Source of the DNA: Azolla caroliniana | Lineage: Eukaryota > Plantae > Polypodiophyta | NCBI GenBank assembly: GCA_043228905.1 | Contig: JBHGNT010000010.1 | Span: forward strand, 11,780,001 to 11,844,000 | DNA: 64,000 bases | Direction: 5' to 3' | Made by a program: the position numbers and the translations under genes | In this document: positions 1 to 11,049 of the stretch, in pieces | Numbering within the stretch: position 1 is the stretch's first letter | Layout: every line of letters starts with the position of its first letter | The notes under the pieces: model-generated | The model's database searches: none | What the model saw: only the letters and a program-made list of their open reading frames with translations | Told to the model about the DNA's origin: nothing

Positions 1-414
1 TCTTTGAAGACATGGTTGATATTTGTCGATTTTTAGGCGGAGATCTCGCTATCGTGCTTCGTGCTCTATGTGCTCTGTTTGCTCTGTTTCCTCTTGTGTT
101 TCGTGTGAGTGAAATATGACGAGGTCTTCCTATTTATAGGGATTGACCACAGTGGTTAAAGTAACCACAGTCAGCTTAACCAGGGTTGGCAAGCGTGAGG
201 TTAGTTAGTTAGTAACCACAATCACATTAACCTGAGTAACTTATGATTGCATTAATGATTACAAAGTAAAACTAACATATTGATGAGTATTCTATAGTCA
301 AAATAACTTACAATGACTTTGAAGGTCATGAAGGAAACAATGATAGAGGTTCATCAATGAACTAATGATTGATTACTTAAATCAACATTTTTATGACTCC
401 TTAATTGCTTTGTA

Positions 415-790
415 TTAAAGATGTGGGCATGAATGAACCAATGATTGAAATGTCTTATATTTAAAATGGTGGGCATTAATGAACCAATGACTGAGAAGTT
501 CTATATTAAATATGGGTGCCTTTAATTAACCAATGATTTTAACTTTAATCCAACATATATATGGCTTAATTATATTATACTTGATTTAACTTCATATAGA
601 CTAGTTTAAGTAATTATTAATATGTTAAATACAATTACTATATTAAAAATAATAATTTTTTATGTATTGTATTAATATAATATTAAATAATATAGACATT
701 ATATTGAGGGCGCTTCTATTTAGAGAAGAGTTTATGTTTTGAGAGGAGTTTATGTTTAGAGAGGAGTATATGTTTAGGGAGGAGCTTATT
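415..790. repeat. Short degenerate tandem repeats upstream of the transposase
   Basis: About three ~47-bp units containing GGGCATxAATGAACCAATGA (415-540) and about four ~18-bp units GAGAGGAGTTTATGTTTA (721-790). Confidence 0.7.
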
Positions 791-847
791 AGTTTTTTGC
801 CTTAGCCTAAGCACATAACTTAAAGAGCTCTGTCTAGACCTTAAGCC

Positions 848-3595
848 ATGAGTGAAGATTCACCGTTCTCGATTGAAGAATATTGTTTGTCATCAGACTC
901 TTCGTTTTCTACTGAAGAATATTGTCTGTCGACAAACTCACCCTTTTCTATTGAAGAATATTGTCTGTTGACAGACTCGCCATATTCTATTGAAGAGTAT
1001 TGTGTGAACTCATCTTCACCTACAACGAATATGAATAATGACACATGTGAAGAGTTCTCTATTGAAGAATACGATATTAATAAAGATACGGAGAATGAAG
1101 GCAGTGCCAATGAAACATCGAATATCATGGGCAATGGTCACAACAGAGAATTGGATAGTAACAAGGTTACACCAACTTCTATGCAGGAAGAGAAATCTGG
1201 AAGCCCTATGCATATTAGAAGAATCCCACGAAGAATTCTTCTGGCTAGATTTAACTTGGTGACATCTAATAAACAGATTGGATTTGATGTCAAAAAAATA
1301 TGTTGTGCTCGTGGTTGTATGTCTATGATTGGAAAATCAAAGTTGCGAGAATTAAGGCGATATTATTTTTCGATGACTGGTGATGAGCAAGACACTTACC
1401 TCGGGTCAAATATGCAACTAGTGTCTGACAAATGTACGGGGATCAAAGTATCATTCGAGTATTATATCTTCCGTGCGTGACAGATATGTAGAGTTGCATT
1501 CAAAATTGCGTTATGTGTTAGTAACATGCGGCTACATAGACTACAAGAACATCTACTTATGCTCAATTGTAAAGAGGTTCCAAGTATGAAAGGTGCAATT
1601 GGAAGATATGCTATTGGTTGGATGAAAACTTACTTTCAGTTAAATTGTGAAGTAATGCCCACTACAGGTAGGATGCACCTTTCTGATAATTACACACGTC
1701 AGGAAGTTTATGATGTCTATCGTTCTGATATGGTGGGCTCACGTAATAAGTCTGTCACATATAGCCAATTCACAAGACTATGGAGAGCTCGGTTTTCAAA
1801 TGTTATCATTCCACGTAAAGTACACATGGGGTATTGCTCCATTTGTGCAAATCTTAAAAGTTTGGCTAAAGGTGCAAAGACATCAATGGAAAAGGATATG
1901 AGTAAGAAGTTACTACAAGAGCATCGTGAGGCACAATCGTTAGAACGAAAGAAGGTGATGCATTATAGAGAGAAGTGTTTGAAGAGGCCCGAACAATACA
2001 TGTGCTTAATGATAGATGGCATGGACCATAAGAAGACGTGCTTGCTGCATATGCGGAGGCTCCCCAAAGACGTCAATGATGAGTGCCTTGTTCAAATGCA
2101 CTTGGTGGGATGCTTGGCTTATAATAGGTCAGTTGGACCTCACGTCTTCATTACATACCCCAATGTTCACAATGAACCTAACCTAACAGTTACAGTGATT
2201 CACCGAGTTTTGATGTCTGGGGGCCAACCTTTCCCCCCTGTTCTATACATTCAATTGGAGAATACTACTAGAGAGAACAAAAATTCAACTGTGTTTGGCT
2301 ATCCAAGTATGGTGGTCAACCAAGGATTGTTTAGGAAAGTGAAAGTCAATTTTCTTTTGGTTGGCCACGCACATGATCATATAGATCAGATGTTTAGCCA
2401 TGATGCTTTCACATTACCTAAACTATTTGATGTCATTTGTGATGCATATACACCACGCCCAAAAGTGTTACACTCAAAGGAGGTATATGACTTTAAGAGA
2501 TATATATTAGATGGGGGTGTTGGGAATGTTAAAGTGCTTGCCCAGTTAAACAATATAAGCTTCAATCACATTTTTATGATAAAGAAAAATGAAATAAGTG
2601 GTTCTACACTTTTGTATGCTAAACAATATTCATCTTCTACAACATGGGAACCTGAAGGTGGTTGCCAGTTATTACTTTGTATGCCGAGTACAATTGTCCA
2701 TGGAGCTAAGCAAATGCCAATTGAGAAGAAAGGACAGTTGCAGAGTGACTTGGTATTGGAACAAAAACGGTTATGGCTCCAAGCCTTAGAAGAAAAAAGA
2801 AAGCATATTAAGGCCGCCAAGAAATATGCCACACATCAAGACACGTCATGGTGGGATGTATTTTATAGTGATCAAAAAGGAATTATAGACAATTGTGTAT
2901 TTGGTGATAATTGGAATTTGGAAACGCTATTCACATGGTCGCTGCAGCACGATCGTGTAAATAGAACTCCGGAGCAACCAGCAAATGCGATTAATGACAG
3001 TTTGGTCCATCCACAACAAAGAGACATTTATGTGGGACCAAGGATGACCAAAGCAGCCGAAGGTAGATGGCAAGGCAATTTGCAAGAGCTCACGGCGGGG
3101 ATGTTGATTGCAACGCCGACTGATGAGAATTCACATGGCCACCAATTTTGGGTTGGTAAAATTCTAGAAGTGCTAATGCATGAAATAGAAAACACTATCA
3201 AGTCTATAAACATTCATTGGTACAACACTAGAAGTGCAAATGCTTTTACAGGTAAGTATACATTGGAGATGATTGAATGCCCAACAAGAAGGGGAGGTAG
3301 GAGGAAGCGAAACATTTGTAAGACCTCTACCCTTGATATCTCTGATGTGGATATCATTGTGTACGACTTCACACTTACAAAAGCCGGATGATTAAGGAAG
3401 TCAACAATGGATATAATAAAAGAAAAATTACCAGGTCTACAAGGTGGCTCGAGTCAAAGGCAAATGAGATCTGCTACATATAATCTAGAGTCAAACCATT
3501 TGGTTTATGACGAAGATAATGCACTGATTGGTACATCCGAGGATGACGAGGAGGAATCGTCATTGTATATTAGTTATAGTAGTGATTCTCCGTAA
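848..3595 (+). pseudogene. Sola-like (DUF7869-type) DDD transposase, ~915 codons, broken by two in-frame TGA stops
   Basis: ORFs 848-1480, 1526-3391 and 3407-3595 share one frame and are separated only by TGA at 1478-1480 and 3389-3391 (read-through YIFRA*QICRVAF and TKAG*LRKSTMD). Motifs MIDGMD, LYIQLENTTRENKN and FLLVGHAHDHIDQMFS resemble the D...DN-x-x-x-NKN...GH-x-x-x-x-D signature of Sola-type transposases. The family assignment is from memory, not a search. Confidence 0.7.
860..1015 (+). repeat. 39-bp coding tandem repeat, 4 copies (13 aa, S-P/S-F/Y-S-I/T-EEYC)
   Basis: SPFSIEEYCLSSD / SSFSTEEYCLSTN / SPFSIEEYCLLTD / SPYSIEEYCVNSS, plus a degenerate fifth copy FSIEEY near 1052. Confidence 0.9.
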
Positions 3596-3993
3596 ATGAA
3601 TGATCATGAATGTATTTTTGGCTATTAAGTGTAAATACATTCCGCTTGTAACAAATCGAGTAATATAAAAGCATGTGTTTTGAATACTTATGATTTCTAA
3701 AAAATCGTTTCTTATAAAATAACATTGGTTGTAAAGTTTGTGATATAAATTGAGAATGTAACTTTTTGAAAGTCCTCTTTTTTTAGTTACTTCTAAATCA
3801 CGAAAATAGTGAATTTTTAACCTTTTTCATAGTATGTTTGAACATGTATGACACTGGTATAAATGTGTTTTGTAAAATCATTGAAAAAGACCTAAAATCA
3901 ACCAAAATTTTCCTTATCCTTCCATTTATGTGCTTGATCCTTCCACTTGTGAACGCGGACGTGTTTCCTACACAACCGGTGTGCAAGGTTGTG

Positions 3994-6900
3994 TCCGGAT
4001 GGGGAATGAAGGAACATGCTGAATTGTCGACATAGAAGATGTGTGGATGACAACTCCAATCGGATGCAAGTTGCTGCTGAAGGATGTCCGACACATTCTG
4101 GAGGTTCAACTGAACCTGATATCAGTCGGTCGGCTAGATGATGAAGGCTACACGGGTAGCATCCGGAACGGTGTGATGAAGTTCAGCAAGGGGAGCCTGA
4201 TAGTGGCTCGGGCTCGAAAGGTCAACACATTGTACCTGATGAATGTCCGGTTATGCCTGGAAGAAGTGAACATTGCTTCCAACACTACCGGTGAGCTGTG
4301 GCACAAGAGACCATGTCACATGAGCGAGAAGGGGATGAAGACGCTTGCCGATGACAACCTCATTCCGGTGAAGGACGTGCATCTTGAGAAGTGCACCGAC
4401 TGCCTGGTCAGTAAGCCGAACCGGACCTCTTTCCGATCAAGGCCACCGATGAGACGTAATGCACCACTAGAGTTGGTGCATACTGATGTGTGTCAAGTGG
4501 ACACGAAGTCACATGGCAGATTCGCAGTACTTCGTGACGTTCATAGAGGACCAAATCCGGAAACTATGGGCCACACCGTTGAAGACAAAGGATCAGGTGT
4601 TATCCGTCTTCAAAGAGCTCCATTCAAGAGTGGAAAGAGAAATTGGCCGGAAGCTGAAAGAGGTTCAAGCAGATAACGAAGGAGAGTACCGGGGGTAGTT
4701 TGAGGAGTATTGCCGCTCAAAGGGAATCCGGCTCGAATTTACCGTGCCGAAGATGTCGGACCTAAACGGGCTGGCCGAGAGGATGAACCGGACCATAATG
4801 GAGAGGGTTCGGAGTATGCTAGCACATGCAAGGTTACCCAAGACGTTTTGGGCTAAGGCATTGGCGAAAACGACGTACGTGATAAACAGATCATCCTCAG
4901 TGCCCTTGGACGGAGACATGCCGAAGAGAGTGTGGACCGGTAAAGAAGTGTCTTACCCACATCTAAAGGTGTTTGGGTGTCTCGCTTACGTTGGCAAAGT
5001 TGGATACAAAGTCCCGGCCTTGCATATTCCTCGGATACGGCGATGATGAGTTCGGCTACCGAGTGTGGATCCGATCGACAAGAAGGTTTTCCGGAGTCGA
5101 GATAGGGTTTAGGGTTTAGGGAGGACAAGACCCTTGCCGATTGGGAGTCAGAGAAGAAGATAATGAACTCCGAGTCGACCAGTAAGGATCGGTTCGATGA
5201 GATTCGGACCTACCCGGCTAAGAGCCGGTTGACCCTCTAAGAACAAGTCAGTTACGTTGAGGATACCGAACCGGCATAAGAAGAAGAAGAGGAAGCTGAA
5301 ACCGGAACCGGCCAAGACCCCGAATCGGATTCGGATGAAGAACAAACAGAGAAGCCAGTTGCCAAAATCCAAAGATGCAGATATCCTCTCAGAGAGAGAA
5401 GGGCCCCCCGCAGATTTCCGAATGTAGAGCGCGTGCTACTAACCGATGAGGGGGAGCCGGAAAGCTTCGAAGAAGCAAAGGAGGACACCCACAACCGCAA
5501 GTGGTTGAGTGCCATGCAGGAGAGATGGATTCCCTACATGAGAACCACACGTATGAATTGGTGGAGTTGTCGAAAGAAAAGCGGGCACTCCGGAATAAGT
5601 GGGTGTACAAGTTGAAACCAGGAGATGCCGGCAACCCCCCAAGATACAAAGCTAGAATCGTGGTGAAGGGGTTCCAGCAGAAGAAGTGCATTGACTTCGA
5701 CGAGATATTTGCCCCGGTAGTAAAGATGACTTCCATATGGACGATTCTGAGCATAGCAGCAGCATGGACCTCGAGGTAGAGTAGTTAGACGTGAAGACGG
5801 CATTCCTCCACGGCGACCTCGAAGAGGAGATCTATACAGCAACCAGAGGGATTTGTGAAGAAAGGGAAGGAGCACCTGGTTTGGCGGTTGAAGAAAAGGC
5901 TCTAGGGATTGAAGCAGGCTCCCCGGCAATGATATCGAAAGTTCGACTCCTTCATGACCGATCAAGGGTACCACAAGACGCAGGCCGATCACTACATATT
6001 TGTGAAGAAGTTTGAAGGTGGAGACTTCCCGATACTCCTCCTGTACGTGGACGACATGTTGATCGTCGGACAAGACCAAGTCAAGATACGGATGCTGAAG
6101 AAGGCTCTGAACCAGACCTTCTCAATGAAAGACCTAGGTCCGGCAAGACAGATACTGGGGATGCAAATCATCCAGGACCGGTCAAAGAAGCAACTGTAAT
6201 TGTCACAGGTGAAATACGTGACAAAGGTGCTTCAGCGGTTCAACATGTCAGACGCGAAACCGGTCGGATCGACACTTCTGGCAAACTGCAAGATATCCAG
6301 TAAGTAAAGCCGGAAGACGAAGGCAAAGAAGGCGGATATGATGAAGATACCATATGCCTCTGCCATCGGGAGCTTAATGTACGCAATGGTGTGTACCCGA
6401 CCGGATATCGGATATGCAGTCGGAGTGGTGAGCCGGTTTATGAGCAATCCCGGCAGGGAGCACTAGAATGCGGTAAAATGGATACTCCGGTACTTGAAAG
6501 GCACCTCAACCTTGTGTCTCTGATTCGGCTCCGGTAAACCCCAACTTGACGGTTTCATCGATTTGGATTTGTCGGCTAATGCGGATACCAGCCGGTCAAC
6601 ATCCAGATATGTTATGACATTGGCAGGGGGAGTTGTTTCGTGGCAGTCGAGGTTGTAGAAGATGGTTGCGTTGTCAATCACGGAGGCGGAGTACATGGCG
6701 TCTGTGGAAGCCGGCAAGGAAATACTATGGATGAAGGACTTCATCGAAGAGCTAGGGATCCAGCAAGAGGAATATCGGCTCTATTGCAACAGTCAAAGTG
6801 CCATCCACCTTGCAAAGAACACAACATATCATTCTAGGACAAAGCACATCCAGCGCAGGTACCACTAGATCCGGGAGCGAGTAGAAGATCGAGAGTTTCT

Positions 6901-7638
6901 GCTAACGAAAATCCACACGGAGGAGAATGGGTCGGATACACTGACCAAAGTACTGACACCCGACAAGCTGGACACAAGCCGGAAGCGAATTGGACTGACC
7001 AGACATCCCATGCCGTAGTGAAGGGGGAGTTTGTTAGGATTTCGGTCCCTTCGGATGGTATGATGAAGGCCCAATGAGAACCGGATGATGAGTACCCGAC
7101 AAGGAAGACCTGATGAGAATCGGATGACGCAGACCCGGTGAGAACCTCTCACCGGATGAAGGGACATAGATGTCAATATGTTTCTATTAGTCCATTATGG
7201 CTATATTTGTAAATAGCTCGAAAGTCATATTAGTATAAATATGACCTAGGGCAAACACGATTATTGTGGTTGTCATTATTTTCTGTATAGTGTTATTGGT
7301 GTAACTATTGTACAGAGCGTAGTAGAACGAGATAGAGAGACAGAGATAGAGTGAGTCTCTGTTGTAACCGCCGCGAGGCGAAGATTGTGAGCACGAGGTC
7401 ATTGCCTCTGTGTTCCCCAATTGTATTCCTCTTGACGTAGTGATAGTTTGGAGTCTTTGGGCTCCCATGGTTTTTCCCTCTCAGGGTTTTCCACGTTAAT
7501 ATCTTGTGTACTCTCTTGTTTACAGTGTTTTGTGTATACGTGCATCTATCTCCACATTCCCATTTCTGTGTTTGTAATTCTCAAAGAAGTGATGGAAGAC
7601 TCGGTTGTGGCTAAGCATTATTCTGCATATTCTTTTCA
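3994..7638 (+). mobile_element. Ty1/copia (Tnt1/Tork-like), 5'-interrupted and degenerate: integrase, RT, RNase H, PPT and 3' LTR
   Basis: Motifs ELWHKR, LELVHTDVC, NGLAERMNRT, YKARIVVKG, LLLYVDDMLI and HSRTKHIQRRYH, with many stops and frameshifts. PPT GTGAAGGGGGAG at 7018-7029. LTR TGTTAGG...TTTTCA at 7032-7638. Confidence 0.9.
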
Positions 7639-8580
7639 ATGCCCTTGAGCTTTTGAAATTTCATCTCATGCCCCTGAGCTTTTGAAATTTCCTCTTCATA
7701 CCCCTCTTCTCTCTCTTCTTTCCGTCTTTTTCTTCTTTGTCACTTTCTTCTTCTACGTCTTCTCTCTGTCTTCTTTCGGCGTTCTTCTTCTCCTTCCTTT
7801 CTATTTATGTCTTCGTCTGTGTCTTTGTCTATGTTTATGTCTGTCTAAGTCGTTTCTGTTCATCGGTCGTCGGTTGTGCCTGTCCATTGGCCATCTGTCG
7901 ACCGTCGCCGTCACCAACTGTCTCACGGCCATCTCTCAGTTCAGCCGGCTGAGTCGTCGGTGGTCGTGTCTGTTCGGCCAGTGTCTTTTTGGTCGTCTCT
8001 CTTGGGTGGTTGTTTGGCCATACTTTCGGCTGCGCATCTCGGCCATATTCCTTGTCGCGCGTCTCGGCTATGGTCTTCGCTGCGCGTCTTGGCCGTGCTG
8101 TCAGTCGTGCTTCTTGGTCGTACTCTCGACCTTGCGTCTCGGCTATGCTTTTTGCCGCGAGTCTTAGCCATCGTTTTTCGGCCATCACTTGGCCGTATTC
8201 TTGGCTGCATTTTTGGCGATACTCTTGGCCATGGTCATTCTCGACTATTGCCATCAGTTCGGTCGGCTAGGATTTGTTGTTTTCTAGGTTATGTGGAGTG
8301 GCCCTCATCTCTCTCTGTGTCCATGACTTTGTTTTCCTTCTTCCGACCATCTCAACCATGGTCGTCTGTCCACTAGTTGTCGGATGTCGGCCGTCTGGTT
8401 GTTTGCCTCTGGTTGTCCATGGCTGTCAAGCCAGCTTTGTTCGATGGCTGGCACTCGACCATCTCTGTTTCAGCCATCCTGTTGCTGCTAGCCATCATTG
8501 TTCAGTCGCCGGCTGTCAGATGTCAGATGTCTATGTCCGTAGCCTGATGAGCTATATCCATACTCTGCATTAGCAGACCA
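7639..8580. repeat. Low-complexity, internally repetitive fragment, possibly the terminal region of a Mutator-like or non-autonomous DNA element
   Basis: Duplicated 30-mer ATGCCC(C/T)TGAGCTTTTGAAATTTC (7639-7692), a CT-rich tract, then degenerate GGCC/GTCG-rich repeats. No recognisable protein. Confidence 0.3.
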
Positions 8581-8808
8581 ATCTCAAAGAATTACAATGA
8601 CTTGTTCTCAGATAATGACGAGCTAGAAAACGCCATGTCTAGGCTTCCTTGTGTGGCTCCCCCCATATTCTTACGGGGGTAACACATGGCATGCCTATGG
8701 ATAGGAACACACCACCAGCTGCCGAGAAAGGCGAATCCAACATCCATTATTTCGTTTTCCAACAGCCCGGACATTATGCCACTCAATGTCATGAACACAT
8801 GACCATTA

Positions 8809-8881
8809 TGGCGTCACCCGGACTTGAACCTCGAACCTTGTAATTCATACTTGAAAACCTCAACCATTAAGATAGCTTATT
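8809..8881 (-). other. tRNA-shaped Pol III A-box/B-box module in LTR U3 (also 13245-13317 on -, and 34987-35059 on +)
   Basis: The minus strand reads TATCTTAATGG-33 nt-GGTTCAAGTCC-GGGTGACGCCA, which matches tRNA positions 8-73. The acceptor stem does not pair. Confidence 0.55.
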
Positions 8882-8944
8882 GTTATATGAAACAATAAAA
8901 GCTACTTCTTGTATTACATTGATTATTGTAAAAACTCTAGATTA

Positions 8945-9041
8945 TTCTAGAATGTTCTAGAATGTCCTAGAGCATTCTAGGTCTAGAACATTCTAGAACA
9001 TTCTAGAAATCTCTAAGCTATTCTATAGGAACCTATAAATA
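8945..9041 (+). promoter_or_regulatory. Heat-shock-element array and TATA box in the chromovirus LTR (repeated at 13381-13477)
   Basis: TTCtaGAAtgTTCtaGAA (8945-8962), GAAcaTTCtaGAAcaTTCtaGAA (8986-9008) and TATAAATA (9034-9041). Confidence 0.7.
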
Positions 9042-9828
9042 AGCGCATACATGTATTCTCAAATCAATTCGAATCAAACTGTTAGAACCAAGGATAAAAG
9101 ATAGAGTGATGGAAGAAGGATAGAGAAGAATGGATGTATAAGATAGAGAAAGAAAGAGAATGGATACAAGATATGTAATGAGAGCTACGTGTATGGTTGC
9201 TTCGTCGTCACATCAAGACTACCCGACCATGTGCTAAGCTTGACTATCAACGCTTAGGTCCTTTTGTCATCACGGCGCAGATTAATGATGCAACATTTCG
9301 TCTTAACCTTCTTGCACATATGCGGCTTCACCCTGTCTTTCATAGCTCTCTTTTGGAACCTTGCCACACCTCTTTAATTCCTGATCGTGTCGTGCCACCA
9401 CCGCCTTCTGTACAACTTGTGGACGGCCCCGAATACGAGGTAGCTGCTATTCTCGATTCTAAGATTGTGCGCAATAAGCTTTATTATCTAGTTGATTGGC
9501 TTGGTTATCCTCCGAGTGATCGCACTTGGGAACCCATCGATAACGTTTGTAATGCTGAAGCTCTGGTCAACGACTTCCATCGTCACTATCCAAACAAGCC
9601 CGGCCCAACAATGTTAACGCCAACTTCCACTCGGCGTTCTCGAACCAGGGATAGTGTCATGAACACATGACCATTATGGCGTCACCCAGACTTGAAGTTG
9701 ACAACTGGGTGTTCTAACTTGTACTAGGGCTGAGAAAACTCTACTAACATGCTTGGAAGAAATGGAACCCACACTAGGTTGTACATATCTAGGGTTGTCC
9801 AACCAAATGGCTCCTATTTTGGCCGGAC

Positions 9829-10992
9829 TTATTCGTTTGACTCCTCTTCTAATTGGCTTAGGACTTCAAATTTATTGGACAAGGGTGGATTATTCATAAT
9901 ATTAGATTCACTAACTACTTCTAAAATGTTGGACTCATTTTTATTGTCATAGTGAATTTGATTTACCTGACGTCTCGGCCTACGGGAGCAATGAATGGCT
10001 ATATGTCCTGGACCTCCACAATATAAGCACAAATGGTTTGCTCGACGACGTTGCTTCTCTTCTTCTGACAACGGTCCTCGTCGTTGAGTCATATCGATCT
10101 CCATGGGTGTAGGACTATCCATTGGGACTGGACTACGTGTTTGCCTTGGAGTTGGAGCAGGGCTATACATTTGCCTTGGGGATGATTGCGCCGTTACTGA
10201 TGCAGAAGTTGGTGTGAATCTAGATCTTGTTATTTGTTGTTGTCGCTCACATCGACGCTCAAAAAGGTGATTATCACACCATATTGCTCGACTAATAGCT
10301 TTTGTAAGTGACCTTGGATCCTCGGGGAAGGTAAGAAGTAAGTCTTTGACATCACTACGAAGGCCTGAACGGAATTGCTCCATTAGGGCTTGTTCATCCC
10401 AAGGAATATCGCTTGCGATGAGGCGGAAATTGGCAGCATATGTTGAAGCTGGTTGATCACCTTGACGAAGTGTACGAATCTTGTTGATAGTTGTTCTCGC
10501 CCCATCAGTATCTCCGAAACAAGCCTTAAATTCCTTGATAAATTCCTCGAAATTATTCAGTAGAGGAGAATTGGTCTCTAGCAATGGAGCAAACCACGAC
10601 AACGCTATGCCAGTCAATAAAGTGCCCACTAGCCCGACTCGTGATGCATCTGTTGGATAACGTGCGGGATGCATTTGAATCACCAACCGTACTTGATTCA
10701 AAAAACCTCGGAAATGCGCCCTCGACCCATCAAATTTAGCTGGGAGGCTAATTTTGGGCTCCTTGATAAGTCCCTGACCTTCAACCCTTTGTTGTTGTAA
10801 CACGACGATTATCGACTCTAACTGTTGCACTCGTCGCGTGAACTCCTCTTGTTGTTGTTGCTTCTCTATAGTAACCTTTTGTAGATCCCCAAGTAGACGT
10901 TGATTCTCTACTTCAAGAGATGCGAACTTGGATTTAAGGTTCTCCATTTCCGCAACAAGGGTGAGATATTCTTCTGAGTTAATGGCAGCCAT
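9829..10992 (-). CDS. Intact chromovirus Gag (387 aa, capsid plus CCHC knuckle), inverted relative to its element
   Basis: Open ORF from MAAINSEE containing EPKISLPAKFDGSR, LRQG, TPMEID and CLYCGGPGHIAIHC. Confidence 0.85.
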   Translation of the reverse strand: MAAINSEEYLTLVAEMENLKSKFASLEVENQRLLGDLQKVTIEKQQQQEEFTRRVQQLESIIVVLQQQRVEGQGLIKEPKISLPAKFDGSRAHFRGFLNQVRLVIQMHPARYPTDASRVGLVGTLLTGIALSWFAPLLETNSPLLNNFEEFIKEFKACFGDTDGARTTINKIRTLRQGDQPASTYAANFRLIASDIPWDEQALMEQFRSGLRSDVKDLLLTFPEDPRSLTKAISRAIWCDNHLFERRCERQQQITRSRFTPTSASVTAQSSPRQMYSPAPTPRQTRSPVPMDSPTPMEIDMTQRRGPLSEEEKQRRRANHLCLYCGGPGHIAIHCSRRPRRQVNQIHYDNKNESNILEVVSESNIMNNPPLSNKFEVLSQLEEESNE

Positions 10993-11049
10993 GGTTTCAG
11001 GATGGTTACAAAGGAGGATAAGAGAGAGAGGATGGTTACATAGCAACAA

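Larger units (their letters stand above)
1..3993 (+). mobile_element. Right part of a DNA transposon carrying the Sola-like transposase, inserted into a copia element
   Basis: Transposase plus AT-rich flanks. The sequence switches abruptly to copia pol (..RMGNEGTC) at ~3994, after a structured terminus ...ACACAACCGGTGTGCAAGGTTGTG. The left end lies outside the window, so the TIR and TSD cannot be verified. Confidence 0.5.

Noticed and set aside
1478-3391. Programmed read-through or U-to-C editing of the transposase TGA stops
   Set aside because: CpG/CHG deamination is pervasive in every TE here and explains the stops. Other lesions, such as LEN for the expected LDN, also indicate decay.
8782-8790. 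CTCAA flanks as an unambiguous TSD
   Set aside because: Kept as likely but not certain: the host gag could natively read ACT CAA TGT ... CTC AAG (TQC..LK), so the repeat may partly pre-exist. An empty-site copy is needed.
8809-8881. Functional tRNA gene in the LTR
   Set aside because: The acceptor, anticodon and T stems do not pair; only box positions and spacing are tRNA-like.
9829-10992. Domesticated PEG10/RTL-like gag host gene
   Set aside because: It is intact simply because the element is young (LTRs ~99% identical), and it sits inside the element boundaries.
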